From positions 1 through 32,790 of the forward strand of contig CAJZIB010000001.1 in assembly GCA_916049555.1 (NCBI GenBank): a stretch of DNA of 32,790 nucleotides, in the 5' to 3' direction. Every line of letters starts with the position of its first letter. The stretch's first letter is position 1. Under the pieces are notes generated by a model, which saw nothing but the letters and a program-made list of their open reading frames with translations, had not been told where the DNA came from and made no database searches. Of the stretch, positions 7,748 to 18,160 are shown in pieces. Position numbers and translations under genes: made by a program. This DNA comes from an uncultured Candidatus Saccharibacteria bacterium. GTDB lineage: Bacteria > Patescibacteriota > Saccharimonadia > Saccharimonadales > Saccharimonadaceae.

Positions 7748-8377
7748 GTCTGATAATTCAAGCAAAAAAGTTTCCAGCAAAAGCCAAGGCTCTTTCGAAA
7801 AGCTAGTTTGTTTTAGCATCATGTCAATTTCGGCGAGTTTCTTCACAATGCGTTTTTCGCGTTCACCATTTGGTTTGGCCGCCAGTAAATCCACTGCCTT
7901 CTTGGTCCAGGACCCCACTGTTAGGTATGGACTATTATTCTCCTCAGCCTCACGCAGCAGTTTTACCGCCCTCTTTCCGTCGGTCAAGGCAATATCAAAC
8001 ACGCGAAAAGTTAAGAATTTGTCTACCTCTTCAGTAATCTTAAATTCATCAATCTTCACCTGCTGTGGATTTTTCTTCGCTACAGTAGCCAGTTCCTTAT
8101 AGACGGCATTTCTCTTGTCGATCTTCTGTTCTAAAATCACAATCTTGTGTTCAGTCTCAAGATATTTTGGCAGCTCTGCAAATAATTCTTTCTTTGCCCC
8201 CAAATCCTTGATTAAGATTTTTCTTGTTTCAGAAAACAACGTCGTACCCTGGAAAATCGACACCAAATCTGCCTTTTCTAGACTCTCTGCGTCAATTACT
8301 TCATAGTTCTCACCCAAAAAGTCCTTAGCTTTCGACTCGGCTTTTTTGCGATCGTCTCCATCAATCAGATAAATCAT
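7739..8377 (-). CDS. holA: DNA polymerase III delta subunit-like protein (short form)
   Basis: MIYLI.G.D start, T.LFS..R.I.IKD, K.DKR, and C-terminal L.EID..LK....P.LLLE motifs. Lies next to rpsT, a common linkage, and overlaps the mutM stop as ATGA. Confidence 0.65.
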   Translation of the reverse strand: MIYLIDGDDRKKAESKAKDFLGENYEVIDAESLEKADLVSIFQGTTLFSETRKILIKDLGAKKELFAELPKYLETEHKIVILEQKIDKRNAVYKELATVAKKNPQQVKIDEFKITEEVDKFLTFRVFDIALTDGKRAVKLLREAEENNSPYLTVGSWTKKAVDLLAAKPNGEREKRIVKKLAEIDMMLKQTSFSKEPWLLLETFLLELSDKK

Positions 8378-9300
8378 AAAATCTTCTTTTGGCAATGTGG
8401 GCAAAGATGCGTACCGCGACCTGCCACCTTTATTTTAATAATTTCCGTTCCACAGCGGTTGCAAGGCTCTCCTTCTCGGCGAAAAACTTGCGCAAATTTC
8501 TGTAGGTAATCCCCACGTGTACCATCCGCCTTCACATAAGTTGCCATCGTGCTGCCACCAGAATCAATCGACGCCTGCATCACCGATTTTGCCGCCTCCA
8601 ATAAGTCGGAGATCTCTGTTTCACTCAGTGATCCGGTCAATCTTTCTGGATGAATTTTAGCTAAGAACAGCGCCTCGTCCGCGTAAATATTACCAAGCCC
8701 GGCAATCACTGTCTGATCAAGAATAGTCGGTTTTATCTCCGCGTTCTTATGTCTTGCTAGGTTTTTAGAAAACTCCGCCACGCTCATTTGCCATGGCTCT
8801 TTGGCTAGCTTCTTAATAAAACTGTCTTGTATCACCTCGTTAGTCTCTAGAATCTTACAAAACCCAAACTTCCGCTGGTCATTAAAATATAAAGTCCCGT
8901 TCTCGAGGGTGAACGATACGCGAGTCTGCTTATTTGGTAACTCCGAGAAGAAGCTATCCGTCGGGTGGCCGCCCGCAAAACTTTTTTCGTCATAAAGCGA
9001 GGTTTTAAAATCACCAGCCTCAATCATTTCTCGATAATCCTTGCCGGATTCCTCGCCGAAAGCTCGAAAAATAAGCTGTCCGGTCATTCTCAGATGTATC
9101 ATCATCGAAACTCCGTTTGCAAAATCAAAAATCAGCGCCTTTCCAAAACGGCGAATAGCAATAATTTCTTGCCCAAAAATCAACTCCTTCGGGCCGATAA
9201 AAGATTTATCACAAAAAACCTGCACAGTCTGCACGTGTTTTCGCAAAATAAACTGATCTAGTCCCCGGCGAATTGTTTCAACTTCTGGTAACTCTGGCAT
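8374..9300 (-). CDS. mutM: Formamidopyrimidine-DNA glycosylase
   Basis: MPELPEVE, RRFGK, HLRMTG, D.RKFG, LDQ..IAGLGNIYADE and C-terminal zinc finger C..CG...R.T..CP.CQ. Confidence 0.97.
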   Translation of the reverse strand: MPELPEVETIRRGLDQFILRKHVQTVQVFCDKSFIGPKELIFGQEIIAIRRFGKALIFDFANGVSMMIHLRMTGQLIFRAFGEESGKDYREMIEAGDFKTSLYDEKSFAGGHPTDSFFSELPNKQTRVSFTLENGTLYFNDQRKFGFCKILETNEVIQDSFIKKLAKEPWQMSVAEFSKNLARHKNAEIKPTILDQTVIAGLGNIYADEALFLAKIHPERLTGSLSETEISDLLEAAKSVMQASIDSGGSTMATYVKADGTRGDYLQKFAQVFRREGEPCNRCGTEIIKIKVAGRGTHLCPHCQKKIL

Positions 9301-9439
9301 GGCTCTATTTTATCCTAAATTCCGCAAACTCTCCACATTAAAAAAGCGCAGGTCTCAGCGCAGATCTATCGGTTAGACAAAACAAAATATGTGCAAACCT
9401 CTTAAACGTGTAAAATCTCAAGAATCATCAAGCTTATGC

Positions 9440-9468
9440 TTGACTATAATTATAAAATATTGTAGAAT
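9440..9468 (+). promoter_or_regulatory. sigma70-type promoter of the 9519 gene
   Basis: TTGACT-17 nt-TAGAAT, followed by hairpin cgggg/ccccg and SD aaaggag. Confidence 0.7.
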
Positions 9469-9518
9469 CGCGGCAACTACGGGGAAGGTCCCCGAGAGTT
9501 CTTTGAAAGGAGTGTAAC

Positions 9519-10808
9519 ATGAAAAAGCAGAATTTGTTACCGTTGGCAACCGTTGTTGCACTTTGCATGAGTGCAACGTCTATCACTGTCCCGCTTGGCG
9601 CGCTCAATTTTGGCGCACAGACGGTTTATGCAGGTGTTGTAAAACGCAGCGCTTCTAGTAAGACTGCCGGCACGACATCCGCCGCAACTACTGACGCATC
9701 TTCGGATGCAAACACCACTAAGCAGGAAACCTCGATCGGCACTGCAGCTTTCAGCGACGGCAAGACCTACACCGAAGTTGATTCGAATGGTCAGGTCGTC
9801 ACTCAGCGTGATTTGCAGGATGGCGCTTCGAAGTATGCCATCCCCACCTTCCATGGAAAGCCCTACTCAAGCGATTTTCATCGCATTGGTGGCGGCTACA
9901 TCGAAGACGAGCTGGTCTTTAATCCGCTCATTAATGGCGATGGGAGCCCCCGCAAGCTTAAGGATCCTGTAATCTATCCCGTGAATGTGTACAAGTCAAG
10001 CGATTGGTTGCTTCCGAATGGCGTCGCAAAGACACCGGGTTATCTCGGCGCAGAGCTTGAATTTGAAACAGCAAGCTTTGATGATAGAGGAACTACGGAT
10101 TTAACCCCTACTCCGGAAACCGCTGCACACCACATGATGAGGTTGATTTATGCGACGAAGTATACCACGGAGAATCATCCTTGGCCTGCAATCAATCCGA
10201 TAACCAATAAACCGCTGTGGGATACCCAGCCGTTTTGGAGAAGCGACAATAGCTTTGATCTGTACGGATACTTGAAGCAGTTCACCCCTGAATATAAAGA
10301 TTGTCGCGGATTTATGCAGGTGGATGGATCTGCACCAAGGAAATACGGAAGTCGAAATACTATGTACGGCAGCGTCTTTGAATACGTACATGGCTACGAC
10401 GATCACTATTATATCAATAATCCGGATGATTATCCGCATGGTCCTGCATTCATGGTACATATGCAGTTGAGTAACTCTGTGGTCTTCCAAAAAGACTATG
10501 ATGGTGCACCAGCTGGATTGATGTTTGGATCAACTTATCCGACAGCGGATGGTAAATGGGCGTATAGCGCCGATGCTCAGGTTCGAATTGAACCCGGCTA
10601 TGAAGGCCAGAAAATCCGCATTACCGGAACAAATGATGCGTATATCAACGAGGGGGTGCTTAAAGGCCTCGAAATGATTATGCATTACTATGTTGAAGAT
10701 CATTCCCTCAACAATGCACTTGGTGGGGAGTATGGTTGGGTAAATATCCCCATCCCCGGCCTTGATGCAGAAAAGGCGAAAGTTGTAGTTTTTAGAGGAA
10801 AGTCCTAA
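9519..10808 (+). CDS. Secreted hypothetical protein
   Basis: 429-aa ORF with a strong SD, signal-peptide-like N terminus, S/T/A linker and aromatic-rich domain that I do not recognise. Confidence 0.85.
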   Translation: MKKQNLLPLATVVALCMSATSITVPLGALNFGAQTVYAGVVKRSASSKTAGTTSAATTDASSDANTTKQETSIGTAAFSDGKTYTEVDSNGQVVTQRDLQDGASKYAIPTFHGKPYSSDFHRIGGGYIEDELVFNPLINGDGSPRKLKDPVIYPVNVYKSSDWLLPNGVAKTPGYLGAELEFETASFDDRGTTDLTPTPETAAHHMMRLIYATKYTTENHPWPAINPITNKPLWDTQPFWRSDNSFDLYGYLKQFTPEYKDCRGFMQVDGSAPRKYGSRNTMYGSVFEYVHGYDDHYYINNPDDYPHGPAFMVHMQLSNSVVFQKDYDGAPAGLMFGSTYPTADGKWAYSADAQVRIEPGYEGQKIRITGTNDAYINEGVLKGLEMIMHYYVEDHSLNNALGGEYGWVNIPIPGLDAEKAKVVVFRGKS

Positions 10809-10851
10809 GTAACTCTGCTGGTATGTGGAGAAGATACCGTGTTTATCTCCT

Positions 10852-10883
10852 GGCGCCTGGTTTTTCCAGGCGCCTTCCCATTT
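10852..10883 (+). terminator. GC-rich hairpin, probable terminator
   Basis: ggcgcctgg-ttttt-ccaggcgcc followed by a weak U tract (ttcccattt). Confidence 0.6.
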
Positions 10884-10910
10884 GACCGATTCCGCTTTTG
10901 GCTATATACT
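10882..10910 (+). promoter_or_regulatory. sigma70-type promoter of the 10940 gene
   Basis: TTGACC-17 nt-TATACT. Confidence 0.65.
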
Positions 10911-10939
10911 TTAACAGAAATATCTAATGGATTTAAAGT

Positions 10940-13900
10940 ATGCATTTCACTCCTCGTATAAAAAAAATCATAGTAGGGTTCTTTCTTGGATTTCTTTTGG
11001 CAATAATTGCTAGTACTTCCAACTCATTTGCAGTAGAGAAACCGGGCGGTAGCTCTGGTGGTCAGGGTGGAAAAATTAACTCTTGTGGTAGTAACCCAGG
11101 GGCAATATGTTATAGTAGCCACAATGATAGTGCAAGTGAGGTCAGTGGTGGAGGTGGCGAATGGGTGAAGATATTTATAAAAACTAAAGAATTCGAGAGT
11201 GTAAAAAATTCTATACCTTATAGCATGCTTCGAGGAAATTATCATATAGATAAAGATACTGACAAACATATTAAATATGGATCTGACCCCAAGGTTATTA
11301 CAGGGTGTGGGGAAGCGGATTATATTTATGTTTTTATTTCGCATACGTATATAAATAACCCAAATTCAAACCCACCCTATCCAGCAAGAATGACAGGATA
11401 TGGTCCAAACAGCTTCTCGAACTTTTGGGAGCACATGGAAAATGGAATAACGGTAGAGCAAAGATATGTAAAACGAGCTGGGGATAATCACGCCGATTAT
11501 AATGAGGCAAAAGACGCCTATTTTAAATATGTAGCGCGCACTGGCCAAGGCGACGATGCGGTAGCTGAGGCAAAATGGAGACAAGGTCAATTCTCCTGGT
11601 TCTGTTCCTGGGATGCAGAGAAGAAGCCTGATTGTGACCCGAACGATCCGACTTGTAATGATAAAATCATCCCGCCAACCCCAACGGCTGGCAGTCTCAA
11701 CTGTGGTCGCGATCTCCCTGGCGTTTCCACTTCGCCATACAAAGGCAATACTGTCGCCGACTCTGGCGTCGTCAATCTCTCCTATACCGGTACCCTAGAT
11801 TTTCGTAACTGGCAAAATACTACAAAGGGGAAGAATTATGTTCTAGCTCGGCCGGGAGACTCAGTCCGTTTCAAACACTCCATGTGTTATACCGCACAAG
11901 CAGTTGGCCGCACTCTGCAGGGTCGCCCAACTCCAGACAAAGAAAATCATTTTCAAATTTATGCAAAACGCAACGGCAGCGAGGATAGTCGTTATCTTTT
12001 CGGTCAGTCCGAGTTGCTCGATGGTAATCAGCGTACTGTCCATGCCCACACTCAGCACCAAATCCGTGGTAACGGTATTATTTCTGCCGACTATGGCTTC
12101 ACTACAGAATCTCCAACTGGCAACCCGACTCCAGATTATCTCTGTAACTCACCGATTTTCATAAACAGTAATAACCGCGGCATCCAGAACGGTTTCCAAA
12201 TTCCAGGCTTCGCGACCGGTGTCACGAACTGTAATTCCGCCAACCGCACCACCAACAATTCTGAAGTCGGCAGCGTGATTTCACAAGGTTTGCGCTACGA
12301 CGATATTCGCACCTGGGTTTCCTACACCACTCAGTTTGTCGGTAGATGTGGCTGTGAACGCGATGAGGCATATGAAAATCATTTCAAACAGACTTCGTAT
12401 GATACTGCCGGCACCTCGAGTGACCCAAGAACCGAATGGGGCCAAAACTACGTCTCTTGTCGTGCTAGTGGTACCTGTAACCATGGTGAAGATACAAGAT
12501 ACAGACCAACCTATACATATGAATTTCCGCTTACCACTGAAAATCGCGGCACCAAAGAAACTGAATCCAAGGTTTATGTCCCATATAACTTCAATACCTA
12601 TGTCACTAGCTTCATCGATGCCGAGGACATCGCTTTCGCTGGCGAGCAGGTTGACATCGGTGGCTCCTACCATATTCTGCCAAGGCAAAACGACGTTGTC
12701 GCTAAAAATGCCTACGCCACCGTCACTTCCAGCAAGGAAACTTTCCGTATTTATGAAATGATTCTCCCAATCTATGCCACTCCAAACACCTTCTCTGGCA
12801 ACGAACGCTCTGCTCAAGACGTCTGTCAGTATTACGGCATTTCCAACTGTAATCTCGTTAATACTATCAATGGGCCAATGAACGCCAGTGGCAACTATAG
12901 TGGTGAGAGTAAAAACACCGGCACCTTCTCTCGCACTATCCCAGACAATGAAGAATATGTTGGCTTTAAATACTGTACTGCCACCTCGATCTGGCCAGCC
13001 TCCTCTCATGTTGGCACCACCAATACAGTTGATGAAAACATCAGTGGTCCAGCCATGAACGGTGGTGACGAAAGCAAATATAACGTCTCTGATCTCTCTT
13101 GTATCACTATCGCCAAGAAGCCAAACTTCCAAGTTTGGGGTGGCGGTATGTACACTAACGGTAGCATCGAAACCTCCGTCAGTAAAAAAGTGCCAGGTAG
13201 CGGCTTCAATCCTTATCCAAATGGCACTGAAAAGATTTTCGGTTCATGGGATGAATATCACGTAATTGCTGGCAGTAATGTTTCCGGCTTTGGCTCTGGG
13301 GCCTCCCTTGGTTATGAAAGAGGCTATCGCTTTGATGTTCCAACTGGTGGCGCCAATCTTAATGATAGTCGCAATAATCTCACCGTCGCAAGCCGCGGCC
13401 GCACTGGTTACTCTGGTGTACCAGGTCTTCCATCAAGCCTCTTAGCCCGCCTCAAGGCAAGATATCGCGATAATATTGAAAAAATCAGTCGCCTCAAAAT
13501 CACCACGCACGACACTGGCTTGCAGAACGCTTATATTAAAGGTGATGTTAATCTCTCGCAAATTAGTCTTCCGGATTATAATCCAAATGCCGCTAGTACA
13601 CTTGGCGTGATGAAAAATAGTCTCTACAAAACTCTTTCCGCCGACGATTCAAAGAATAATACTCTCGTTCTCTATGTTGACGGTACCCTCAATATCGATC
13701 AGAATGTCTGTTATGCCACCTCTGCATACTACTGTGAAGGAATCTCATCCACCATACAAAATAATTATGCTGATATTGCCACAAACTCCATCACTAAGCT
13801 TCCTCAGATCCTCATCTTTGCAAAACAAATCAACGTGTCAGATCAGGTAACTCGTATCGACGCCTGGCTTATTCTCGACGAAGATAATGCACCAAACAAT

Positions 13901-14245
13901 CTCAATACCTGTTCAACCTATGCCGAACCTTCAGCTCTCGTCTGCTCGAAAACTCTCGTCTTTAATGGTCCCGTCTTTGCCAAGAGTCTCACCTTGAGGC
14001 GCACCGGCGGCGCCAACCACGGCGGCGGCATAGCAACTCGTGACAACGCAGGCTCTCGTGAACTTGGCACTTCCTTCAGGCATCTTCCAGGCGATACCTA
14101 TTATTTTACGGCCAATGATGGCTCAGTTGCGCCAGGTGAAATCTTCAATCTCCGTTCAGACGCCTACTACTGGGGTATGGGGCAGGCCCAGCGTTCCGGC
14201 ATTGCGGAAGTTGTTTACCAACGTGAACTTGCACCACGATACTAA
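10940..14245 (+). CDS. Large secreted Cys-rich surface/adhesin-like protein
   Basis: Signal peptide and many spaced Cys. The C-terminal region (KKPNFQVWGG, LVFNGPVFA..L.L.RT.G, GEIFNL, ELAPRY) resembles large surface proteins I recall from Saccharibacteria; not database-checked. Confidence 0.8.
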   Translation: MHFTPRIKKIIVGFFLGFLLAIIASTSNSFAVEKPGGSSGGQGGKINSCGSNPGAICYSSHNDSASEVSGGGGEWVKIFIKTKEFESVKNSIPYSMLRGNYHIDKDTDKHIKYGSDPKVITGCGEADYIYVFISHTYINNPNSNPPYPARMTGYGPNSFSNFWEHMENGITVEQRYVKRAGDNHADYNEAKDAYFKYVARTGQGDDAVAEAKWRQGQFSWFCSWDAEKKPDCDPNDPTCNDKIIPPTPTAGSLNCGRDLPGVSTSPYKGNTVADSGVVNLSYTGTLDFRNWQNTTKGKNYVLARPGDSVRFKHSMCYTAQAVGRTLQGRPTPDKENHFQIYAKRNGSEDSRYLFGQSELLDGNQRTVHAHTQHQIRGNGIISADYGFTTESPTGNPTPDYLCNSPIFINSNNRGIQNGFQIPGFATGVTNCNSANRTTNNSEVGSVISQGLRYDDIRTWVSYTTQFVGRCGCERDEAYENHFKQTSYDTAGTSSDPRTEWGQNYVSCRASGTCNHGEDTRYRPTYTYEFPLTTENRGTKETESKVYVPYNFNTYVTSFIDAEDIAFAGEQVDIGGSYHILPRQNDVVAKNAYATVTSSKETFRIYEMILPIYATPNTFSGNERSAQDVCQYYGISNCNLVNTINGPMNASGNYSGESKNTGTFSRTIPDNEEYVGFKYCTATSIWPASSHVGTTNTVDENISGPAMNGGDESKYNVSDLSCITIAKKPNFQVWGGGMYTNGSIETSVSKKVPGSGFNPYPNGTEKIFGSWDEYHVIAGSNVSGFGSGASLGYERGYRFDVPTGGANLNDSRNNLTVASRGRTGYSGVPGLPSSLLARLKARYRDNIEKISRLKITTHDTGLQNAYIKGDVNLSQISLPDYNPNAASTLGVMKNSLYKTLSADDSKNNTLVLYVDGTLNIDQNVCYATSAYYCEGISSTIQNNYADIATNSITKLPQILIFAKQINVSDQVTRIDAWLILDEDNAPNNLNTCSTYAEPSALVCSKTLVFNGPVFAKSLTLRRTGGANHGGGIATRDNAGSRELGTSFRHLPGDTYYFTANDGSVAPGEIFNLRSDAYYWGMGQAQRSGIAEVVYQRELAPRY

Positions 14246-14357
14246 AACTAAAATAGTACCCTTCCTCGTCAATTTTAAAATAAGTAGCCCACTTCCACGT
14301 CAGCTTGTCAAAACAAAACTCTTATGCTAAATTTATATAAAATAGGTCAACACAAAA

Positions 14358-16970
14358 ATGGATTCTGGAATGCAAAATAATCAACCAAAAACACCTGCTT
14401 CAAGCACGATAGATGCTGCCATGAAGGCACCACACCCAGGTGACTCTGATTTTGGTCTGAATCCAGAAGACGCCGTCTCAAAGGTTGCCGATAAAATCCA
14501 GCATGCCACCAATATTCTGATCGCCCTCTCTAAAGACCCTAATGTTGATGAGATTTCCGCTGCCATCGCCCTAGCCTTTGTTCTAGACCAGCAGAAAAAA
14601 CATGTCACAGCTATTTACTCCGGCCAGACTCCAAATGCGCTTGAATTTTTGCGCCCTGAAGAAACCTTCCAAAAAGACATTAGTGGCTTGCAAGATTTTA
14701 TCATCGCCCTCAATAAGTCGAAGGCCGACCACCTTATCTATCAGGTTGAAGGCGATTATGTCAAAATCCTTATCACCCCATACAAGGGTCAAATCAAAAA
14801 AGAGGATCTCGAATATTCCTATAGTGACTACAATGTTGACCTCGTGATCGTCTTCAATGTTAATTCTGGTAGCGAAATCGACTCCGCCCTTTCTGAGTAT
14901 GGACGTATCATGCATGATGCCATGGCGATTAATATTACCTCCAGCGTGCCGGGTCGCTTTGCGGATCTTGAATGGAGTGATCCTTCAAAATCTTCCGTTT
15001 GTGAAATGGTCTACAATTTACTTGGTGAGCTTGAAATTGACAATACTCCACAAGAGGTTGCCACTGCTTTGCTTACCGGTATTCTTTCTGCCACCGAACG
15101 CTTTTCGAATAATCGCACTAAACCAACCACCATGGCGGTCGCCTCAAAACTCATGGAAGCCGGCGCCGACCAGCAGCTAATTTCCTCCAATATCTTAAAA
15201 GCAGAGACCCCAGCTGTAGCTGCTGAAAATCCTTTTGCAACCCAATCCCCAATCACCACTCAAACGCCAGCAACTCCAGTAGTCCAAGAATCACAAGAGG
15301 CTCCAGCGACTTCAACCATTCAAGAAACCCCAGAAGTACCAGCAGCTCCAGCAGCCCAAGAAGCACAAGAGACTCCACCAGTAGCTCAGGAATCCCCGGC
15401 AGTCGCAGCCGCCACGTCAGAAGTTTCAGCAGTCTCGCAGGACTCCATCGAAGCTCCTCAACTCACTCCGGAACAAGAACTTGAACGTATGTTTGAGCAG
15501 AATCAGGCCTCCCAGTCTCAGACCCCTACCTCAGGTAGCTCACTCCCTGGAAACCCTATGGTTGCCGCCTCAAATGTAATGGACGACTTAGCTCGCCTCA
15601 CCGATTCAATGTTGAGCGCAGAGTCTCCAGTAGCACCAACTGTTGCTCCTGTTGCTCCTGTTGCTCCAGTTGCCCCAGTTGCCCCTGTTGAGCCTATAAC
15701 TCCAAATATTCCAGTGGTACCAGCAGCGCCAGAAGTGTCAGCGGCGATTCCAACTATTCCTGTCGCACCGGAAAATATTCCAGCCGCGCCAGAAAATTCT
15801 CCTGCTCCAAATATTTCAGTCACTCCAGAAAATCCAACTATCTCAGCAGCCCCAGCGCAACCTCAATATATTCAACCACAACCGATGCAATATCAATCAA
15901 CACAACCGCAGCCAGTACAATATCAACCTATACAATATCAACCTGTGCAACCTCAACCAGAACAGATTCAGCCAATGCCTCAAATGCAGGCCGAATATCA
16001 GCCTGCTCCACAGCCAATTCAGCCTACTCCTCAGTCAGCCCAGACAGCCTTCCGTCCTCAACCAGCTTCAAACCCTGAGATTTATGGTCACACCATCGCC
16101 GAACCGGTCATAGATTCCGGTGAAGACATGAGTCGTCTGATGGATGAAGCCCTCGCTGAGCCTTCTCCAATCCAGAATCCAATCGGTTACCAGGGAATGA
16201 TCAACCAATCCAACTACATCAATCAGTCTCTTAATCAAAATGCCACGCCAAACTATCCACTTGCTGTTGGTCAGCAACCGGTTACAAATTACCAGCAGGG
16301 CCAAAATCTTGCAACGCTTTCCGCGCCTGCCTTGCCACAAATGCCACAAAATCAGGCCTACCCAAATCCTGAATACTCAAATGTGGTTCCAGAGTACCAA
16401 ACTCCAGCTATGCCGGTTCTCCCTGAGGATCCATCACAGCCGGCTCCACAGCCTATCCCACAGCCTGCTCCACAACCAGTTCAACCTACTCCACAGCCTA
16501 TCCCACAGCCTGCTCCTCAGCCAGTCCAGCCAGCTCAACCACAAATGCAGGTTCCAGCTCAGCCTGCCCCAGAGCCAATTCAGTCACAGCAGCCAATGGA
16601 TAGCTACATTCAGGCCACTCCACCAGCCACCAGCACGCCAATCCCGGATTTTCTTCAGCCCGAATCATTCCTGCCGCCAGCTCCAGCCCCAGTAATTATC
16701 GATCAGTCCGCGCCTCCATTCATGCCACCAACTATGCCTACCCCACAACCTATCCCACAGCCTGCTCCTCAATCAGTCCAGTCAACTCAACTACAAATGC
16801 AGGTTCCAGCTCAGCCTGTCTCAGCTCCAGCTCAGCCACAAATGCAGACAGAAGTTCAGCCAACCCCACAGCCGACCCCACAGCCAGCTCAGCCGCAGAC
16901 CTCTGCCGATCCGGCCGCCAATCCAGTCAAGGCTGATCCATCTGCTTTTCATATCCCAGGCAGCTACTAG
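14358..16970 (+). CDS. Degenerate DHH/NrnA-like protein with ~580-aa Pro/Gln/Ala-rich tail
   Basis: N-terminal ILIAL..DP..D...AA.AL, SS.CEMVY and ATALLTGI...T.RF....T...M..A..L..AGA match the DHH fold, but no DHH triad is present. Sits upstream of truB. Confidence 0.8.
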   Translation: MDSGMQNNQPKTPASSTIDAAMKAPHPGDSDFGLNPEDAVSKVADKIQHATNILIALSKDPNVDEISAAIALAFVLDQQKKHVTAIYSGQTPNALEFLRPEETFQKDISGLQDFIIALNKSKADHLIYQVEGDYVKILITPYKGQIKKEDLEYSYSDYNVDLVIVFNVNSGSEIDSALSEYGRIMHDAMAINITSSVPGRFADLEWSDPSKSSVCEMVYNLLGELEIDNTPQEVATALLTGILSATERFSNNRTKPTTMAVASKLMEAGADQQLISSNILKAETPAVAAENPFATQSPITTQTPATPVVQESQEAPATSTIQETPEVPAAPAAQEAQETPPVAQESPAVAAATSEVSAVSQDSIEAPQLTPEQELERMFEQNQASQSQTPTSGSSLPGNPMVAASNVMDDLARLTDSMLSAESPVAPTVAPVAPVAPVAPVAPVEPITPNIPVVPAAPEVSAAIPTIPVAPENIPAAPENSPAPNISVTPENPTISAAPAQPQYIQPQPMQYQSTQPQPVQYQPIQYQPVQPQPEQIQPMPQMQAEYQPAPQPIQPTPQSAQTAFRPQPASNPEIYGHTIAEPVIDSGEDMSRLMDEALAEPSPIQNPIGYQGMINQSNYINQSLNQNATPNYPLAVGQQPVTNYQQGQNLATLSAPALPQMPQNQAYPNPEYSNVVPEYQTPAMPVLPEDPSQPAPQPIPQPAPQPVQPTPQPIPQPAPQPVQPAQPQMQVPAQPAPEPIQSQQPMDSYIQATPPATSTPIPDFLQPESFLPPAPAPVIIDQSAPPFMPPTMPTPQPIPQPAPQSVQSTQLQMQVPAQPVSAPAQPQMQTEVQPTPQPTPQPAQPQTSADPAANPVKADPSAFHIPGSY
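16435..16900 (+). repeat. Coding tandem repeats [14 protein letters not shown] / PQMQVPAQP
   Basis: Recurrent ccacagcctatcccacagcctgctcc and caaatgcaggttccagctcagcctg units. Confidence 0.8.
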
Positions 16971-17008
16971 TTTTGACATTGCAGAAAAATCCACTATGAT
17001 GGTAGGAA

Positions 17009-17773
17009 ATGACAGAAAATAATCCCAAAATCCCAAATTCAGTGGTCAACCATGAAAAAATGGCTAAAATTGAAGCCGAAATCAACCCAAGTGACATCAT
17101 TTTGATTGATAAACCAGATGGACTCAGTTCCTTTGGCGTAGTCGCTCGTGTTCGTCGTGTGCTTTCTAAAAAAGCTGGCAAAAAAATTAAAGTCGGCCAT
17201 ACCGGCACACTCGACCCCTTTGCCACTGGCCTTCTGATTTTACTTGCCAACAAAGCCACCAAACTTTCCAATCAATTTCTTAAACTCGACAAGTGGTATG
17301 AAGCCACAATCCATCTCGGCAAGGTTAGCACTACAGGTGATCCCGAAGGTGAAATCACTGATTTTGTACCTGAAACTCCAAGAGAAAATCTCCCGGATCG
17401 CGCCGAAATTGAGAAGGTGATTGAAAAATTTATCGGCCAAATCCAGCAAACTGTTCCGAGTTTTTCTGCCGTCAAAATCAACGGCCAGCGCGCCTATCAA
17501 CTTGCCCGTCGTGGTGAAACCGTAGAGATGCCAACCCGCACTGTTGAAATTTACGCCATCGAAATCCTAGGCTATCATTATCCAAAACTCGTGATTCGTA
17601 CTCATGTTTCCAGCGGTACCTACATTCGCACACTCGGTGAAGATATTGGTAAGGCCTTAAACACCGGGGCTTATCTCACCGCTCTTCGTCGCACCAAGAT
17701 CGGCGATTTCGATATTGCCGCCGCCACCAAGCTCGCAAAGTTTATGAGTGCAGAAGAAATTCATCAAACATGA
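17009..17773 (+). CDS. truB: tRNA pseudouridine(55) synthase
   Basis: DKP.G.SS, KVGHTGTLDPFATGLL, P.FSAVKING.RAY.LAR.G, VSSGTYIRTL..DIG, LRRT..G. Confidence 0.97.
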   Translation: MTENNPKIPNSVVNHEKMAKIEAEINPSDIILIDKPDGLSSFGVVARVRRVLSKKAGKKIKVGHTGTLDPFATGLLILLANKATKLSNQFLKLDKWYEATIHLGKVSTTGDPEGEITDFVPETPRENLPDRAEIEKVIEKFIGQIQQTVPSFSAVKINGQRAYQLARRGETVEMPTRTVEIYAIEILGYHYPKLVIRTHVSSGTYIRTLGEDIGKALNTGAYLTALRRTKIGDFDIAAATKLAKFMSAEEIHQT

Positions 17774-17815
17774 GCCCTTGTAGAAACTCCTATACCGTGG
17801 TATAATCTCTCCAAT

Positions 17816-18082
17816 ATGATTACAAAAGAGAATAAAGCTAAGGCAATTGCTGCTACTGCCCGTGATAAAAAGGACGTCGGTTCTCCAGAGGTTCAGGTTT
17901 CTATTTTAACTGAGCGCATCAAAGAAGTAACTGAGCACGTTAAGGCTAACAAGCATGATTTCATGGCTCGCCGTGGACTTATGCAGATGGTTGGTCGCCG
18001 CAAACGTCTTCTAAAGTATCTTGAGAAAACCGACTTCGAACTCTACAAAGGTACAGTCGCAAAACTCGGACTTAGGAAATAA
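17816..18082 (+). CDS. rpsO: 30S ribosomal protein S15
   Basis: D.GSPEVQV..LT.RI, H...NKHD...RRGL..MVGRRKRLL.YL, LGLRK. Confidence 0.98.
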   Translation: MITKENKAKAIAATARDKKDVGSPEVQVSILTERIKEVTEHVKANKHDFMARRGLMQMVGRRKRLLKYLEKTDFELYKGTVAKLGLRK

Positions 18083-18087
18083 TCACG

Positions 18088-18113
18088 AAATCCCCGCGCA
18101 AGTGGGGATTTTT
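18088..18113 (+). terminator. rpsO terminator
   Basis: aaatccccgc-gcaa-gtggggattttt. Confidence 0.85.
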
Positions 18114-18119
18114 AGTGCA

Positions 18120-18150
18120 CAAAAACAAAAGACCCTACGATTGTAGGGTC
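18120..18150 (-). terminator. Terminator of the 18161-18790 gene
   Basis: gaccctac-gatt-gtagggtc preceded by an A tract on the + strand. Confidence 0.8.
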
Positions 18151-18160
18151 TCAGGTTCCA

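Noticed and set aside
9301..10880. Mobile element or integron cassette
   Set aside because: No transposase, integrase, terminal repeats, target duplication or attC structure seen.
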